From Lama guanicoe (lineage: Eukaryota), in assembly GCA_013239625.1 (NCBI GenBank), contig MU056000.1, positions 13,343,175-13,407,174 on the forward strand: 64,000 bases of DNA, given 5' to 3'. Positions 51,127 through 63,452 of the stretch are shown one piece after another (within the stretch, counting starts at the first letter, position 1; each line of letters begins with the position of its first letter). The notes below the pieces were generated by a model. The model ran no database searches. It worked only from the letters and a program-made list of their open reading frames with translations, and was not told the DNA's origin. The position numbers and the translations under genes are program-made.

Positions 51127-54100
51127 AAATATACAGTTGATGCTCTCAAAATAAAGCACCTTTCTTTCTAATACGTATCCCAAAGAAAGAAAAGAAACTT
51201 CACGTGCATTTGTGACATTGAGCTCTAAGTCCAAGCTGGCTTCTTTCCTCAGTTAAGTGAGGTTGCTGCTGTTTTTGGTATGAGATCTGAGAACCCAAAA
51301 TGAAAGTTAAACCTCCCCCAAATATATCCAATATATAACAGAGAAAAGCAAAAAGGAAAATTAAGAATTTTTAAATTCACCTGTAGAAAAGGGAAAATGA
51401 TTAAGCAACATAAAATAAGACAAATACAGAAGACAAATTACACTTTAGATTCCCTTAAAAAGTCAATCTGATTACTTCTGATTCTGGTCTTAGATTTCAG
51501 ACACAATGATTTGAGCTGGAAATGTGAGCTCCTTCTACTGTCTTCTGTAGAAGCCTTGTACGGATATATTATTCTAAGTGATTCCTATTTCACGTCATCC
51601 ATTTTTTGCTACATTATTTCTTATTGTTTCAGGACTATGACCAGAGGATCATCTTAGGGTTTGACCAAGAACCAGTTGTTGCTCGCTCTCCTTTAAGTTT
51701 CTCTGACCCTGGAACTGCTTTAGAGCCTGGATAGCTGCTTTGAGATTTGACTTCTGTGAATTCCATTAGATTCTATTACTTCACTTCTAAAGAAAACTCT
51801 TCTTAAATTTATGGTGTACATGCATGTGTAGTCCAAGACTCTAGATCTGCTAGAATTTTACTTAACTGATTGCAGACTCCTGAACCAAGCAAAGTGATAT
51901 AAACCTGCAATTGATCCCTCATCAAAAAGAGATTACAATGTGCTCATCTACATATCTACGCACATGTTCTGTTGGTGGAGATTTACCTAACTCATTTCCA
52001 AGTAACATGGCTCTCTTTTACAAAGCAACAAATACATTCTGGTTTCTTTTTGATCTTTTATAACACACTCTATTTTCATTTGCAAATAGCTATTTTATTG
52101 AACTGGACTATTAACTTTGTTTTAGTATCTTAGCAAATCAGTTTTCACATTTCCATTACTACAAAGCCTTAATTTCATGGCTTCCACTTTTGACTGAGAC
52201 TAACTGGAATACTAGGTAAGGATGCGGAATGGAAGTCATTGGCACCCAGGCTCTAGACTCCATCCTGGAGAGAGTTAAGTCTTTTGTGAGGCAAAGAAAG
52301 CAAAGCAAAGTTTGTTTGAGTAAGGTCTCACCACAGACAATTTTCCATTTCCCTGGTTCCCCCACAGCTCTCTGCTCATTTCTTGCTACGTTTCACAGTT
52401 TGCAACTTTGTGTTTGTGTAGTGCAAAGCATCTTCTTAGATGAGAAATCTGTAGTACAGCAAGAGAAAAAAAATAAATTTGAGAATTAAAAATAAAATTA
52501 AATCTGTCAATTCAGGTGAAACTTTCCAATACAGAAAAAAAAAAAAAAGTCCACGAGGAAGAAGGGGAAAAGCATTTGGAGGAGGAAAGAATAACCTCCC
52601 TTTATCTCATTCCTCCCCTGAAAAATAATAACAACAAAAATGTTATCAAAATTATGGTGGTGATTGTATCATGTAGGACTAAGTTCCAGGTCAAACCTGT
52701 CCTGCAGATACTGCACTTCTTGTTGCTATGGCGATAGGATATAATCTTCAAGTACATGGTTTTTGCCCTGTTTTGTTTTTTAAGAAAGAAACGTACCCCA
52801 AAGAAGTAAATATGGTAGGACCAAATTTTTTTAGCCCTCCATGAGGGATGATATGGAAGTATGTTTAGAAGGATTTTTGTCCCTGAGAATAGTACAGAAA
52901 AAAAAAGGGTTTTCTATACATGCATCTCTGTGTCTTCCTGTTTGTCTAGCTCTCATCTATGTGTCAATGTTAAATTAAGTTTCTGTTATTAAGGAAACAT
53001 AAAGAGAGAGACTTTAGCCATTGATGTCCTCATGCATTTCCTGCTATAGTGGGATTTAATGTTTTAATAATTCATGTGGCTGCGTATAAGTGCAGGGTTT
53101 TGTTTGTTTGTTTGTGTTTGTCCACTCATTCGTCTTGGGTTGGGAAAGAAACCCTAGAAGCCATGCAGGCAAAAATGGGACGTTTGGTGGACCCTCCCTT
53201 TGCTCATCACTCAAGAGCATAATTTGCAAACATTCAAGAACATAAGAATCATTGAGGAATTTGGTTAGGATCTTGCAATCCCTGAGGATCTTGTTAATTA
53301 GGGTCTTCAATGTACCCTAAGATGAATCCTCCAAGTTGGATTTTATAATTGAACCACAAATATTTCAGGTGATGTTTAACTTTAAGGGAGTGTGGGAAGC
53401 CTGGTTATGTGTCACAGAAAACAAGTTTTTGTCCATTCTTTCTACCTCAGTTAGAAGAATTTCTTTTGTATAGACACATTTCATCTATATTTTTCCATTT
53501 GTAGATTGGGAAGAAATCAAGGAGGTTTCAAAAGAAGTGGTTACTACTAGTGTGTAAGAAAAGTTTGGGGAACACTAAGCTATGACACACAAATTTGTAT
53601 TTTTGACACTTTTTAGTGTCTTTCCCTTTCTCTTTCAGAAAATGAATATCTGAGTCCAATACGTTTATAAACTGTTTGAATATCTATTCATTTAAAATAA
53701 AGTGTAATGGTTCATGTTAAAAATGAAGCACATAAATGATACATGGAAGAAACATAGCTACTGGAGATAAGTTAATTTTAATATTGGATAGTAAATTTAC
53801 TTTCCCTTATAGTTACAAAAAGATATAAACAATATCTGAAGTTAGAAGTAAAGTATAAAGAGGTATTTGATATTTAAATCCAACTTAGACACTCATGAGA
53901 GTTAGGGAAAGTCAGATTAACTCTATGTGGCTCACTATTTTATTTACTTGTATTTTGCCTTGGGACCGTGATGTCTGACCTTTCTACCCCATTAGGTTTT
54001 AGTGAGGATAAATGAGACAATGTTTTGGATATACTCTGTAGACCATGGACTGTCTTATAGCAATAAACAATGTTCATGATCTGACAAAATAAAGCACACA

Positions 54101-54691
54101 ATCTACCTGAAAGCATACATTTAACTCTACAGTTAACTCAAAGAAACATCGAGATGGTGAGCTTCATGCAAGAGCCACTGGATAGCGTGTTCAATATTAC
54201 CCTCAAATTCTGTTCTTAAATTGACACAGATATACTGTTAAAAATAAATGATTCTTATATAGACTCAATAATGGTGGAGGGAACAAAGTTAAATTGAAAT
54301 TCAGTGAAGGCATTTCTTTTGGAGAATGAGATTATTCGTGCAGGTGCTTTACTTCAGATGATCGAATACAGAGATTTAATACTTGGAGATGCTAAGAGAA
54401 TAGAGAGCTGAGGCAGTCATTCTCATATATTAGATCAAATTATCAAGCCTTTGGCAGCTGCTCAATTACAGTCAATAATTGGGCTTATATTGAACTCAAA
54501 TATAAGCCCGTGTCCTTGCAAGTTCTGCCTCTTGATTCAATTCCCTTAACGATCTGCTGGCAGCAACAGTTAACATGTCAGATAGACTGTTCTTCACATG
54601 TGTTACTGGTCAGAATATATGGACTTGGAAAACATTTCAGTACTATTTTGAGACTATTCCATCCAACCTTTTGATTTTTATGTCTATATAA

Positions 54692-55556
54692 TTTTTTTTA
54701 ATTGAAGTACAATCAGTTACAATGTGTCAATTTCTGGTGGACAGCACAATGTCCCAGTCATGCATATACATACTTATATTCGTTTTCATATTATTTTTCA
54801 TTAAAGGTTATTGTAAGATATTTAATATAGTTCCCTGTGCTAAACAGAAGAAATCTGAGTTTTTAATCTATTTTATATATAGAGGCTAACATTTGCAAAT
54901 CTCAAAGGCCCAAATTTATCCCTTCCCACCCAGTTTCCCCAGTAACCAGAAGATTGTTTATTATGTCTGCAAGTCTGTTTCTGTTTTGTAGATGAGTTCA
55001 TAGTGTCCTTTTTTTTTTCTTTTTTTCTTTTAGATTCCACATATGAGTGATATCATATAGTATTTTTCTTTCTCTTTCTGGCTTACTTCACTTAGAATGA
55101 CTCTTACAAGATCCATCCATATTACTGCAAATGGCGTTATTTTATTCCTTTTTATGGCTGAGTAGTATTCCATTGTAAAATATACCAAAACTTCTTTATC
55201 TAGTCATTTATCGATGGACATTTAGGTTGCTTCCATGTCTTGGCTATTGTAAATAGTGCTGCTATGAATATTGGGGTACAAGTATTTTTTTGAATTAGAG
55301 TTCCCTCCAGGTATATACCCAGAAGTAGGATTCCTAGATCAAATGTTCAGTCTAGTTTTAGTTTTTTGAGGAATCTCCATATTGTTTTCCATAGTGGCTG
55401 CACCAAACTACATTCCCACCAGCAGTATAGGAGGCTTCCCTTTTCCTCCACACTCTCTCCAGCATTTATTGTTTGTGGAGACAAATGCAAATTAAAATGA
55501 CAATGAGGTATTACCTCACACCGATCAGAATAGCCATCATTAAAAAGTCTACTAAT
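54692..55556 (-). mobile_element. Young L1, 5'-truncated, with short 5' inversion
   Basis: T tract plus antisense 3' UTR/ORF2 end to ~55481, then sense L1 aaatgcaaattaaaatgacaatgaggtattacctcacacc...aaaaagtcta. Confidence 0.92.
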
Positions 55557-55612
55557 ATTTTTAAGAAACAAAAAAGTGCCTCCATAATTAATAGCCTGAG
55601 ATAAAAGGTCTC

Positions 55613-55626
55613 GTTGCCATGACAAC
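55613..55626. promoter_or_regulatory. Candidate RFX X-box
   Basis: GTTGCCATGACAAC, one base from the palindrome GTTGCCATGGCAAC. Confidence 0.45.
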
Positions 55627-56619
55627 CTGGTCCTTAACAAAATAATATACCCCATGCTCTTAATAGGAAAGATTTGAGTTACTGGATTATTATAGAAGCA
55701 ATATTGTTTACAAAACAATTAGATGATCAAATACATTAATTATGACACTTTCATACTATAGGCTTTTTGTTCTGTAGTATGAAAGGTTGCAGCCTTTTCA
55801 TTTGAAATACATATTGTATATCAGATCATAAATTATTCCTTCTTAGACTGAATGTCTAAAATATTTGTAAGACAGCAATAACAAAACAAAATTAACTGAA
55901 CAGCTAAAACTGTATCTGGGTACTCGCATATGGAATGTCTTTATTGCTAATTAGCTAATTTATCTCAAACAACTTTTAAATAGTCAGATGCATAATCACA
56001 GACAGCAAAATAATATTTATGAAAGCATAGGTAATATAAATGTCAAAAGTGGTAAAATGGTTAAATTTATTTACTGAAATATTGTAAGAACATGAAAGAC
56101 TTTCAAAATTTTTACACAAGATTACATTATCAATGTGTTATTAAGTGATATAGAGTTTCTCAGATAAAGCACATACAGTATAATAATAAAAGCAAAAATT
56201 CTACTAGTTACCTCCGTATTGAGAGTTTATTTTATTTTCCTCGGTATAATTCTCTTTTTGTCTCAGATTTCTCTCAACAGGTTACTCTTAGAATTAGTAA
56301 AATAGAAAATATTATCTTAGAATAAATATTTTTAAAAATTTAATATATCCAAATGTTAAGCAGATCATACATGCACTTGAAGCTGCTAAAGATATGTGTA
56401 AGCTTACTGATGCAGTTTAACTATTTTAGATATTTTCTTAGAATACAATTTAATACTGCCTTTTGTTTAAAACTAAAAAATGTATTTCAACATTGACTTC
56501 TTATTAGTTTTCAGATGTAGTTATTATGGCTGGTGGACAAAGCACATAACATTTGTTATTTGTTGGGAGCATACATTGTATTTTCTTGGACAGCACCCAA
56601 GTGTATAACATATTATCTT

Positions 56620-56980
56620 TAATTTTTGAGGGTCCATTCTTATATACCATAAAAGCCACTCATCCATTATGATGGAGTACACAACAAATTCAATGAATTC
56701 CATGAGCATTTTCCTGTAGAATTAGTCATTTTTCTCTAAAGCAATTCTGTGGACAAAAAATGTTGCAGAATACTATGGTTGGTTAAACAAAAATGTTTGA
56801 TAAAAGACATTCATCAGTGGGAGTTCTGGCAGAGGCACAAGCCACAAGAACATCAAATTCAAAACCAGAAAAAAAAAGTTCTTGGGTAGTAGTCCAGTCT
56901 TCTCTCAGGGATGCTGCCACACCCACTGGTTAGAAGTTTACTATGGTCTGTTATGAGCAAAAGTCAAAGAAGGACAGGCT
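56620..56980 (-). mobile_element. ERVL/MaLR internal (integrase-region-like) remnant
   Basis: aattccatgagcat..., gaatactatgg, ggagttctggcagaggca, cagggatgctgccacac resemble antisense ERVL pol; very diverged. Confidence 0.5.
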
Positions 56981-57182
56981 AAGTCACTGTCTCCCAATTT
57001 TTTTCCTGAAAAGGATCTATCTACACAGTTTAAAACCTGCCTGAGGGTCAGGCTTCTATTTTCAACACATATCTCAGGATGGTTGCAAACCTCCTCGGAG
57101 ATCAGGGAAACTGGTGAACACCTCCTCCATCATCCCCTCTAACCAGCTCCAGGTCACTAGCATCTCCCTGGAAGGTGCTACC

Positions 57183-59047
57183 ACACATTGGTCTCTGCAG
57201 TAATTTTTTTTTTTTTGGACTTGACACCAAAAGCAAAGACAGCAAAGCAAAAAAATTAAGAAGCGGGGCTGCATCAAATAAAAACTTTCTGCTCAGCAAA
57301 GGAAACCATCAACAAAATGCAAAGGCAAACTGTGGAATGGAAAAAAAAATGCAAGCCACATTATCAGATAAGGGTTAATATACAAAATATATCAAGAATA
57401 ATGAACTATTACAATTTAAAAGGAAAACATCCCAAATAACTTAACTGATTAAAAAAAAATGAGAAAAGAAACTAAATACATGTTTTTTCCAAAGAAGACT
57501 TATAAATAGCCAAAGGGCACAGGAAGGTACTCCGTGTCACTGAGCATCAGGAAAATGCAAATAAAAGCCACAATGAGACTTCATCTTATATCTGTTAGAA
57601 TGGTCATCATCAAAAAGACCAGATGTTAAAGAGAATTCCTTAAAAAACTAAAAATAAACTTTCACCACGATCCAGCATTCCCACTTCTGGGCATATATCC
57701 AGAGGAAACTCTAATTTGAAAAATTACAGTCACCCCAATGTTCATAGCAACATTATTTACAATGGCCAAGACAGGGAAGCAACCTAAATGTCTACTGACA
57801 GACAACTAGATAAAGAAGTTGTATACACATATATGTACAATGGAATACTACTCAGCCATAAAAAAGACTAAAATAATGCCATTTACAGCAAGATGGATGG
57901 AACTTGAGATTATCATACTAAATGAAGTAAGTAATATCATACCACATAATATCTCTTATGTGGAAGTTCAAAGAAAAATGAGTTTATTTGCAAAATAGAG
58001 ACAGACTCACAGACATAGAAAGCAAACTTATGGTTACCAGAGAGGACAGGGATTGGGGAGGGAATAAACTGGGAGTTTAGGATTTGCAGATACTAGCTAC
58101 TATATATAAAATGGATAGACAACAGGTCCTACTGTACGGCACAGGGAACTATATTCAATACCTTGTAATAGCCTGTAATGACAAAGAATATGAAGAGGAA
58201 TATATATATGCATAAATGAATGTACACTATGCTGTACACCAGAAATTAACACAGCATTGTAAAACAACTATACTTTAATGAAAACAAAGACATAAGGTTA
58301 AAAATTCTGGAGAGGATGTAGAAAAAAAGGAACAGTTGTACACTGTTGACGGGACTGTAAAATGGTACAGCCACAATGCAGGATAGTATGGAGGTTCCAA
58401 AAAATTAAATTAGAACTACCATTTGATCCAGTAATCCCACCTTTGAGTATATATCCACAAGAAGTAAAACCTTTATCTGAAACAGGTATCTGCATTTCTA
58501 TGTGCATCACAGCATTGGGCAAGGTATGGAAACAAACTGAGTGCCCACCAGTGGATGAATGAATCAAAAAAATGTAGTATATAGACACAATGAAATATTA
58601 TTCAGCCTTAAAAAGAAAGAAATGCTGTCATTTGTGACAACATGAATGAACCTGGTTGATATATTAAATAAAATTAGTCAGGTAGAGTAAGACAAATTTC
58701 ACACGGTATCACATACATGTGTGTGAAATCTTAAAAAAAAAAAAAGTTGAACTCCTAGAAACAGAATAGAAAAGTGGCTGTCAGGGGATTGCTGGGGAGA
58801 GAGCAGAAATAAGAAGAGGTTCATAAAAGGGTACCAACTTTCACCTATCAGATGAATAAGGACTGTGGATCTAATGTATAACATGGTGACTATAATGGAT
58901 AACATTGTATTGTATAATTGAAATTTGCTCGGAGTGTAGAACCCCAGTGTTTTCACCAAAGAAACAAACAAACAAACAAAAAGAACTCGAGGTAAATACA
59001 TGAAGTGATGGATACGTTAAAAAAAAAAAAAAAACAGAACAAAAAAC
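57183..59047 (+). mobile_element. Older L1 (L1MA-type) ORF2 3' part and 3' UTR, interrupted by a younger L1
   Basis: Sense ORF2 motifs (gcaaaggaaaccatcaacaaaatg, gaactaccatttgatccagtaatcccac), L1MA 3' UTR (gatctaatgtataacatggtgactata) and terminal A tract. Confidence 0.9.
57631..58285 (+). mobile_element. Young 5'-truncated L1 nested in the older L1
   Basis: Young 3' UTR ending ctatgctgtacaccagaaattaacacagcattgtaaaacaactatac; degenerate 17-bp TSD aaagaccagatgttaaa (57614-57630) / aaagacataaggttaaa (58286-58302); host L1 resumes in register. Confidence 0.9.
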
Positions 59048-60229
59048 TTCCTTGGTTTTCTGTGACAGTTTCCTAGATGATTGGCCCTGGGCGGAGTTTC
59101 TAGGATTCTACTTCTCCTTTACTTTATGTTCCTCCCTTTTATTTCTTTATCATCCTATAAATCAAGAAGTCAATAGAACTTAAATTATCACCCTTGATTG
59201 TCTTAAATAAGAAGTTCCAGCGCTGTATTTATATAAAATGGAAGTCACTGCTTTATGATACAGCAAACTTGGAAACGTTTGCCCCTGGTAAACATGACCT
59301 ATATGAATCATTAATAACATGGGGGAGAACTCCTGCTAAGGAAATAAATGATCTGCTTTCTGCAGAGTGGGAAGCACTGACTTTTGTTCACAGATGAGGT
59401 GAGAGGATCGGGCACCAAATAAGGTCACTTGAAAATAGGAGACTGTTTAGAATTTCCAGTGGGGAGATTTATTTTCCTTTATTTTTCAATAATTTGAAAA
59501 GGTCAGTGTGAGGAACACCACCAGCCTCTGCAAACATTCACAAGAGTTTCTGCAGTGCGGCACATTATTTGAGGGAATTTGGGATGAAGGTCAAAGAAGC
59601 AATTTTTTTCATTTAGTATTTGTTTCATCCTAACTAAAAATGTAACATCCTAAAATTTTACTGAAAACAGTTAATGCTATATGGAATTAGAGATATCAAT
59701 GTATACACAAAAATGTTTTTTGGAAAGCTCTCTTGGCAGACATGGTGAAGTCAGCACAACTGACCTCTTTCCAAGATTTTACTTCTACCTCCAAAGACTT
59801 TACAGGATAGTAGAAACACGGTAGAGAATTATTTCCCAACAAACGACAATGGACAGCTTCCTGTATTCAAAATTGTCAATCCTGAATGCTACATAAAAGC
59901 TTTATACTGCATCGCTTTTGCAGCTTTCTGTATTACTTCTAAATGAAAAATAAAGTCATATACTCAGTTCATACGGAGACTATAAGGTTAATAAATCATT
60001 GGTAATTGTCCCTTTTAGAGCAGGTTTGCCTTGGTACCCACATGTAATATGGTGCTTAATCTTGCCTTTAACTCGGCTGATTTGCCAAGGGAGGGCCAGC
60101 TACTTGAGATAAATGGAGACTCGGGGTCAGTGCAGAAATCTAGATAAACAGCTAACTTGGTCTATATGTGTCTTTGAAATTGTGCTGCTGAATCAGTTCA
60201 ACTCTTATTTTGAAGGCACTTTATCAGCC

Positions 60230-60750
60230 ATGATGTTTTCAGGAGAAGATAAATCACCCAAGAGATTTTACACAGAGGGGATTTCATACAGCAAAATGGC
60301 TTTACGGGAAGTGGAGAACTTAGAGACCAAACAGAACACTGGGCTGAGCCAGAGACAAGAAGTGATAAAAAGAGAGATGAGGGAAGAGGTGGTTTAGCAG
60401 AAGCCGGGAGTCCTATGTGAGGCCCTGTGCCTGGGGTGGGTGTTCAGATCTCTGAAATGGAGCTACCTTTGTGCCCACAGTGAAGGATGATGGGGCTGGT
60501 AACTGGGAGTGGCGGAAGAAGCTGGAGATTGGAGCCGATTCTATTTTTTGGAGCGATTCTAATGTAAAAAGAGAAAAACAAAAAAGAAACATAAGTAAGT
60601 AAATAAATAAACAAACAGGAGGCAGTTTCCTCTCCCATCCTTCAGCCTTCTCTTCAAGGCCGCCGGTTGGACGTTGGCACGGGTGTCCAAACTGAGAAAT
60701 GTAGTTCATAAAGTCATAGCGCCAGCATCTCAGAGGAGAGCATAAGAGAT
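60230..60750 (-). mobile_element. Old ERVL LTR (LTR33-like); probable remainder at ~61890-61935
   Basis: gagaaatgtagttcataaagtcatagcgccagcatctcagaggagagcataaga resembles recalled antisense LTR33. Confidence 0.55.
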
Positions 60751-61128
60751 CCATCTCGGGTTTCTATCAGTTCTGTCAGTCAAGCAGCTGCTGTGAACTC
60801 CTCTGAGCTTCAGAGTTTCCTCTCCCATCCCCTCTCCATTGGAGAGGAGAGGAGGCATTCAGCGTAAAGAGAGCTATTCCTACTTTGTTGCTTTCTCCCC
60901 ACGGGATAGGGAATGTACTGATTCCCTTTTATGTATTTTTTTCTTCTTTTTTTCCCTCCTACCAGATTTTGTGAGGAATCTTCTTGTCTTTTGAAGTAGG
61001 TGAGGTTGTGCCAAAGTTCAGCAGGTGTTCTGAGTGAATGGGTGGGTCCATGGATGTCCCTCTTGGCGTATTCATGGGAGAGGGTGAGCTCAGGGCATTC
61101 TTCTACTCTGCCATCTTGGTCCTCCCTC
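60751..61128 (-). mobile_element. L1 5' UTR extreme 5' end (inverted portion of a composite L1)
   Basis: Minus strand begins GAGGGAGGACCAAGATGGCAGAGTAGAAG, a typical L1 start with a YY1-type CAAGATGGC (61110-61118); left boundary approximate. Confidence 0.8.
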
Positions 61129-61890
61129 TGCTGGAGGGCATGTGGAGAAAAGGGACTCCTCCTACCCTGGGGGGTGGGATGTAGTCTGGTGCAGCCATTA
61201 TGGAAAGTAGTATGGAGATTCCTCCAAAAACTAAAAATAGACTTGTCATATGATCCAACAATCCCACTCCTGGGCATATATTCAGAGGGAACTCTAATTT
61301 GAAAAGATACACGCACCCCAATGTTCATAGCAGCACTATATACAACAGCCAAGACGTGGAAGCAACCTAAATATCCATTGACAGATGACTAGATAAGAAT
61401 TTGTGGTATATTTATACAATAGAATACTACTCAGTGATAAAATAAATAAATAAAATAATTTCATTTGCAGCAACATGGATGGACCTGGAGATCATCATTC
61501 TAAGTGAAGTAAGTCAGTCAGAGAAAGAAAAATACTGTATGATATCACTCATATGTGGAATCTAAGAAAGGAAGACACTAATGAACACGTCTGTAAAACA
61601 AAAACAGACTCGCAGACATAGTAAACAATTAATGGTTACTAGGAGGAAGAGGGTGGGAAGGGATAAATTTGGGTTTTTGACATTTGCAAATGATAACCAC
61701 TATACATAAAAATAGGCAAAAAAATAAATTTCTTCTGTTTAGCACAAGGAACTATATTCAATATCTTGTAATAACTTTTAATGAAAACGAATATGAAAAC
61801 AAACATACACATAAATATGCGTGACTGGGACGTTATGATGCACACCAGAAATTAACACATTGTAACTAATTGTACATCAATAAAACTTTA
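61129..61890 (+). mobile_element. Young L1 3' ~750 bp (sense portion of the composite L1)
   Basis: tgctggagggcatgtggagaaaaggg... translates to an ORF2 C-terminal-like segment (CWRACGEKG...[31 protein letters not shown]); ends ...catcAATAAAa. Confidence 0.93.
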
Positions 61891-62936
61891 AAAGACAGAT
61901 TTTAAAGCTGACAAACAATGAGAAATCGATCAGCAAATTTCCTAACTACCAAATAATTTTCAGGGGATTTTAATCCATTATTTTATGTGGAATATTTACT
62001 GAAGTTCCTATTTTCTTTATGAAAACTAATTAACTTCAAGGTTATGTTGCCAATTTTTTTTTCTGATGGGAAACACAACTGAACAGTAATATAAATCGAT
62101 GTTTTCCCAGGAATGATGGCTTTTTCAGAATTTATTATTAATGTAGAATGAATACTTTTGCATGGAGGAATGGTTTTATTCCATTTATTTAAGTTGGAGA
62201 CCAAATCTAATGAGAGTGTTCAGTCTGGTTTGGAATATGTCCTCTGACATTTCTGTATCCTTTTTTGTTATATCCTCAGTAAAATATATAGCTTTTTTCA
62301 TTTCACCTTCTCCTTTACCAGGAGTAAGGCTTGTAGAATGAATAAATAAGGTAGCCTTAAATGAAAAATTTCCTCTGGTGTAGTCTGCTCTTAACATTTT
62401 GCTTCAGCTTATGTGTGATTGATCATGTTGATATTTTAAAACCTAGCACGAAGAATAGTCTTATGAATGCCTTTTATTCCTGAAAAGAAAAAAAAAACAG
62501 AAAAAGAAAAAGAAGATTCTATTTTTCTCTTGTCCTGACTCTACTGCCATTGTTCACTTGTATAAAGCAAAACAGTCTTACCTTCAGAGACACTTTGCAA
62601 ATCTCAACATCTGCTTAAAAATTGTTTTTAGCAAGGTAATGTTTCCAATTTTGGATGAAATGTTTTTAATTCAGTGGCAAAAATCAACGTAAAAATTGAA
62701 CACACACATGAAAAATCAAACTAACTTTTTCTGTACCTTTGTTACAAACTTTGTTGAAGACTCAGGCAATATTCCTGAGTATTTTTAAAAAATTTTTGAG
62801 AAGCTGAAATGTGAATAAGTCTTTGCAGTTCAACATTATGTCTATCATTGTCATTGACGTTGCTTGGATCATGCAACAGAGATAATTGCTTGTATGTATT
62901 ATCTAACACTAATTTATACTTAAAAAGGTGATTGCC

Positions 62937-63421
62937 TTTTTATTGAAGTATAATTGATTTACAAAGTTATATTAGTTTCAGGTGTACAGCACAGTAATTC
63001 AGCATTTTTATAGTTTATACTTCATTAGAAGTTATTATAAGGTAATGGTTAGAGTTCCCTATTATATAATACATCCTTGTTGTTTATCTATTTTATACAT
63101 AGTAGTTTGTATCTCTTAATTCCTCACCCTTAAGGTGCCCCTCTCTTCCCTCTTTCCACTGGTAACCACAAGTTTGTTTTCTATGTCTATGAGTCTTCTT
63201 TTGTTTTGCTATAATGCTTCATTTGTATTATTTTTTTAGATTCCACATATAAGTGATATCATATGATATTTGTCTTTCTCTGTCTGACATTTCACTAAGC
63301 ATAATATTCTCTAGGTCCATCCACATTGCTGCCAATGTCCATACTACCCACATCAACCTACAGATTTAATGCAATCTCTAGCAAAATACTCATGACATTT
63401 TTCACAGAACTAGAACAAATA
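62937..63421 (-). mobile_element. L1 3' end with 5' inversion
   Basis: Antisense 3' UTR to 63337, then sense ORF2 piece 63334-63420 (MSILP..TYRFNAISSKILMTFFTELEQ); TSD tgattgccttt (62929-62939) / tgattgcattt (63422-63432). Confidence 0.9.
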
Positions 63422-63452
63422 TGATTGCATTTGAACATTTCCTGGGACTCTG

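Noticed and set aside
60624..60830. 17-bp direct repeat agtttcctctcccatcc (60624-60640 and 60814-60830) as a possible TSD
   Set aside because: The copies fall in apparently different elements (old LTR and L1 5' UTR) and do not bracket a tailed insert; pyrimidine-rich, so possibly chance
60810..61352. Longest ORF (180 aa, minus strand)
   Set aside because: Chimera of antisense L1 ORF2/3' UTR and L1 5' UTR across the inversion junction; similar antisense-L1 peptides recur at 55347-55718 and 58298-58588; no sign of a real gene
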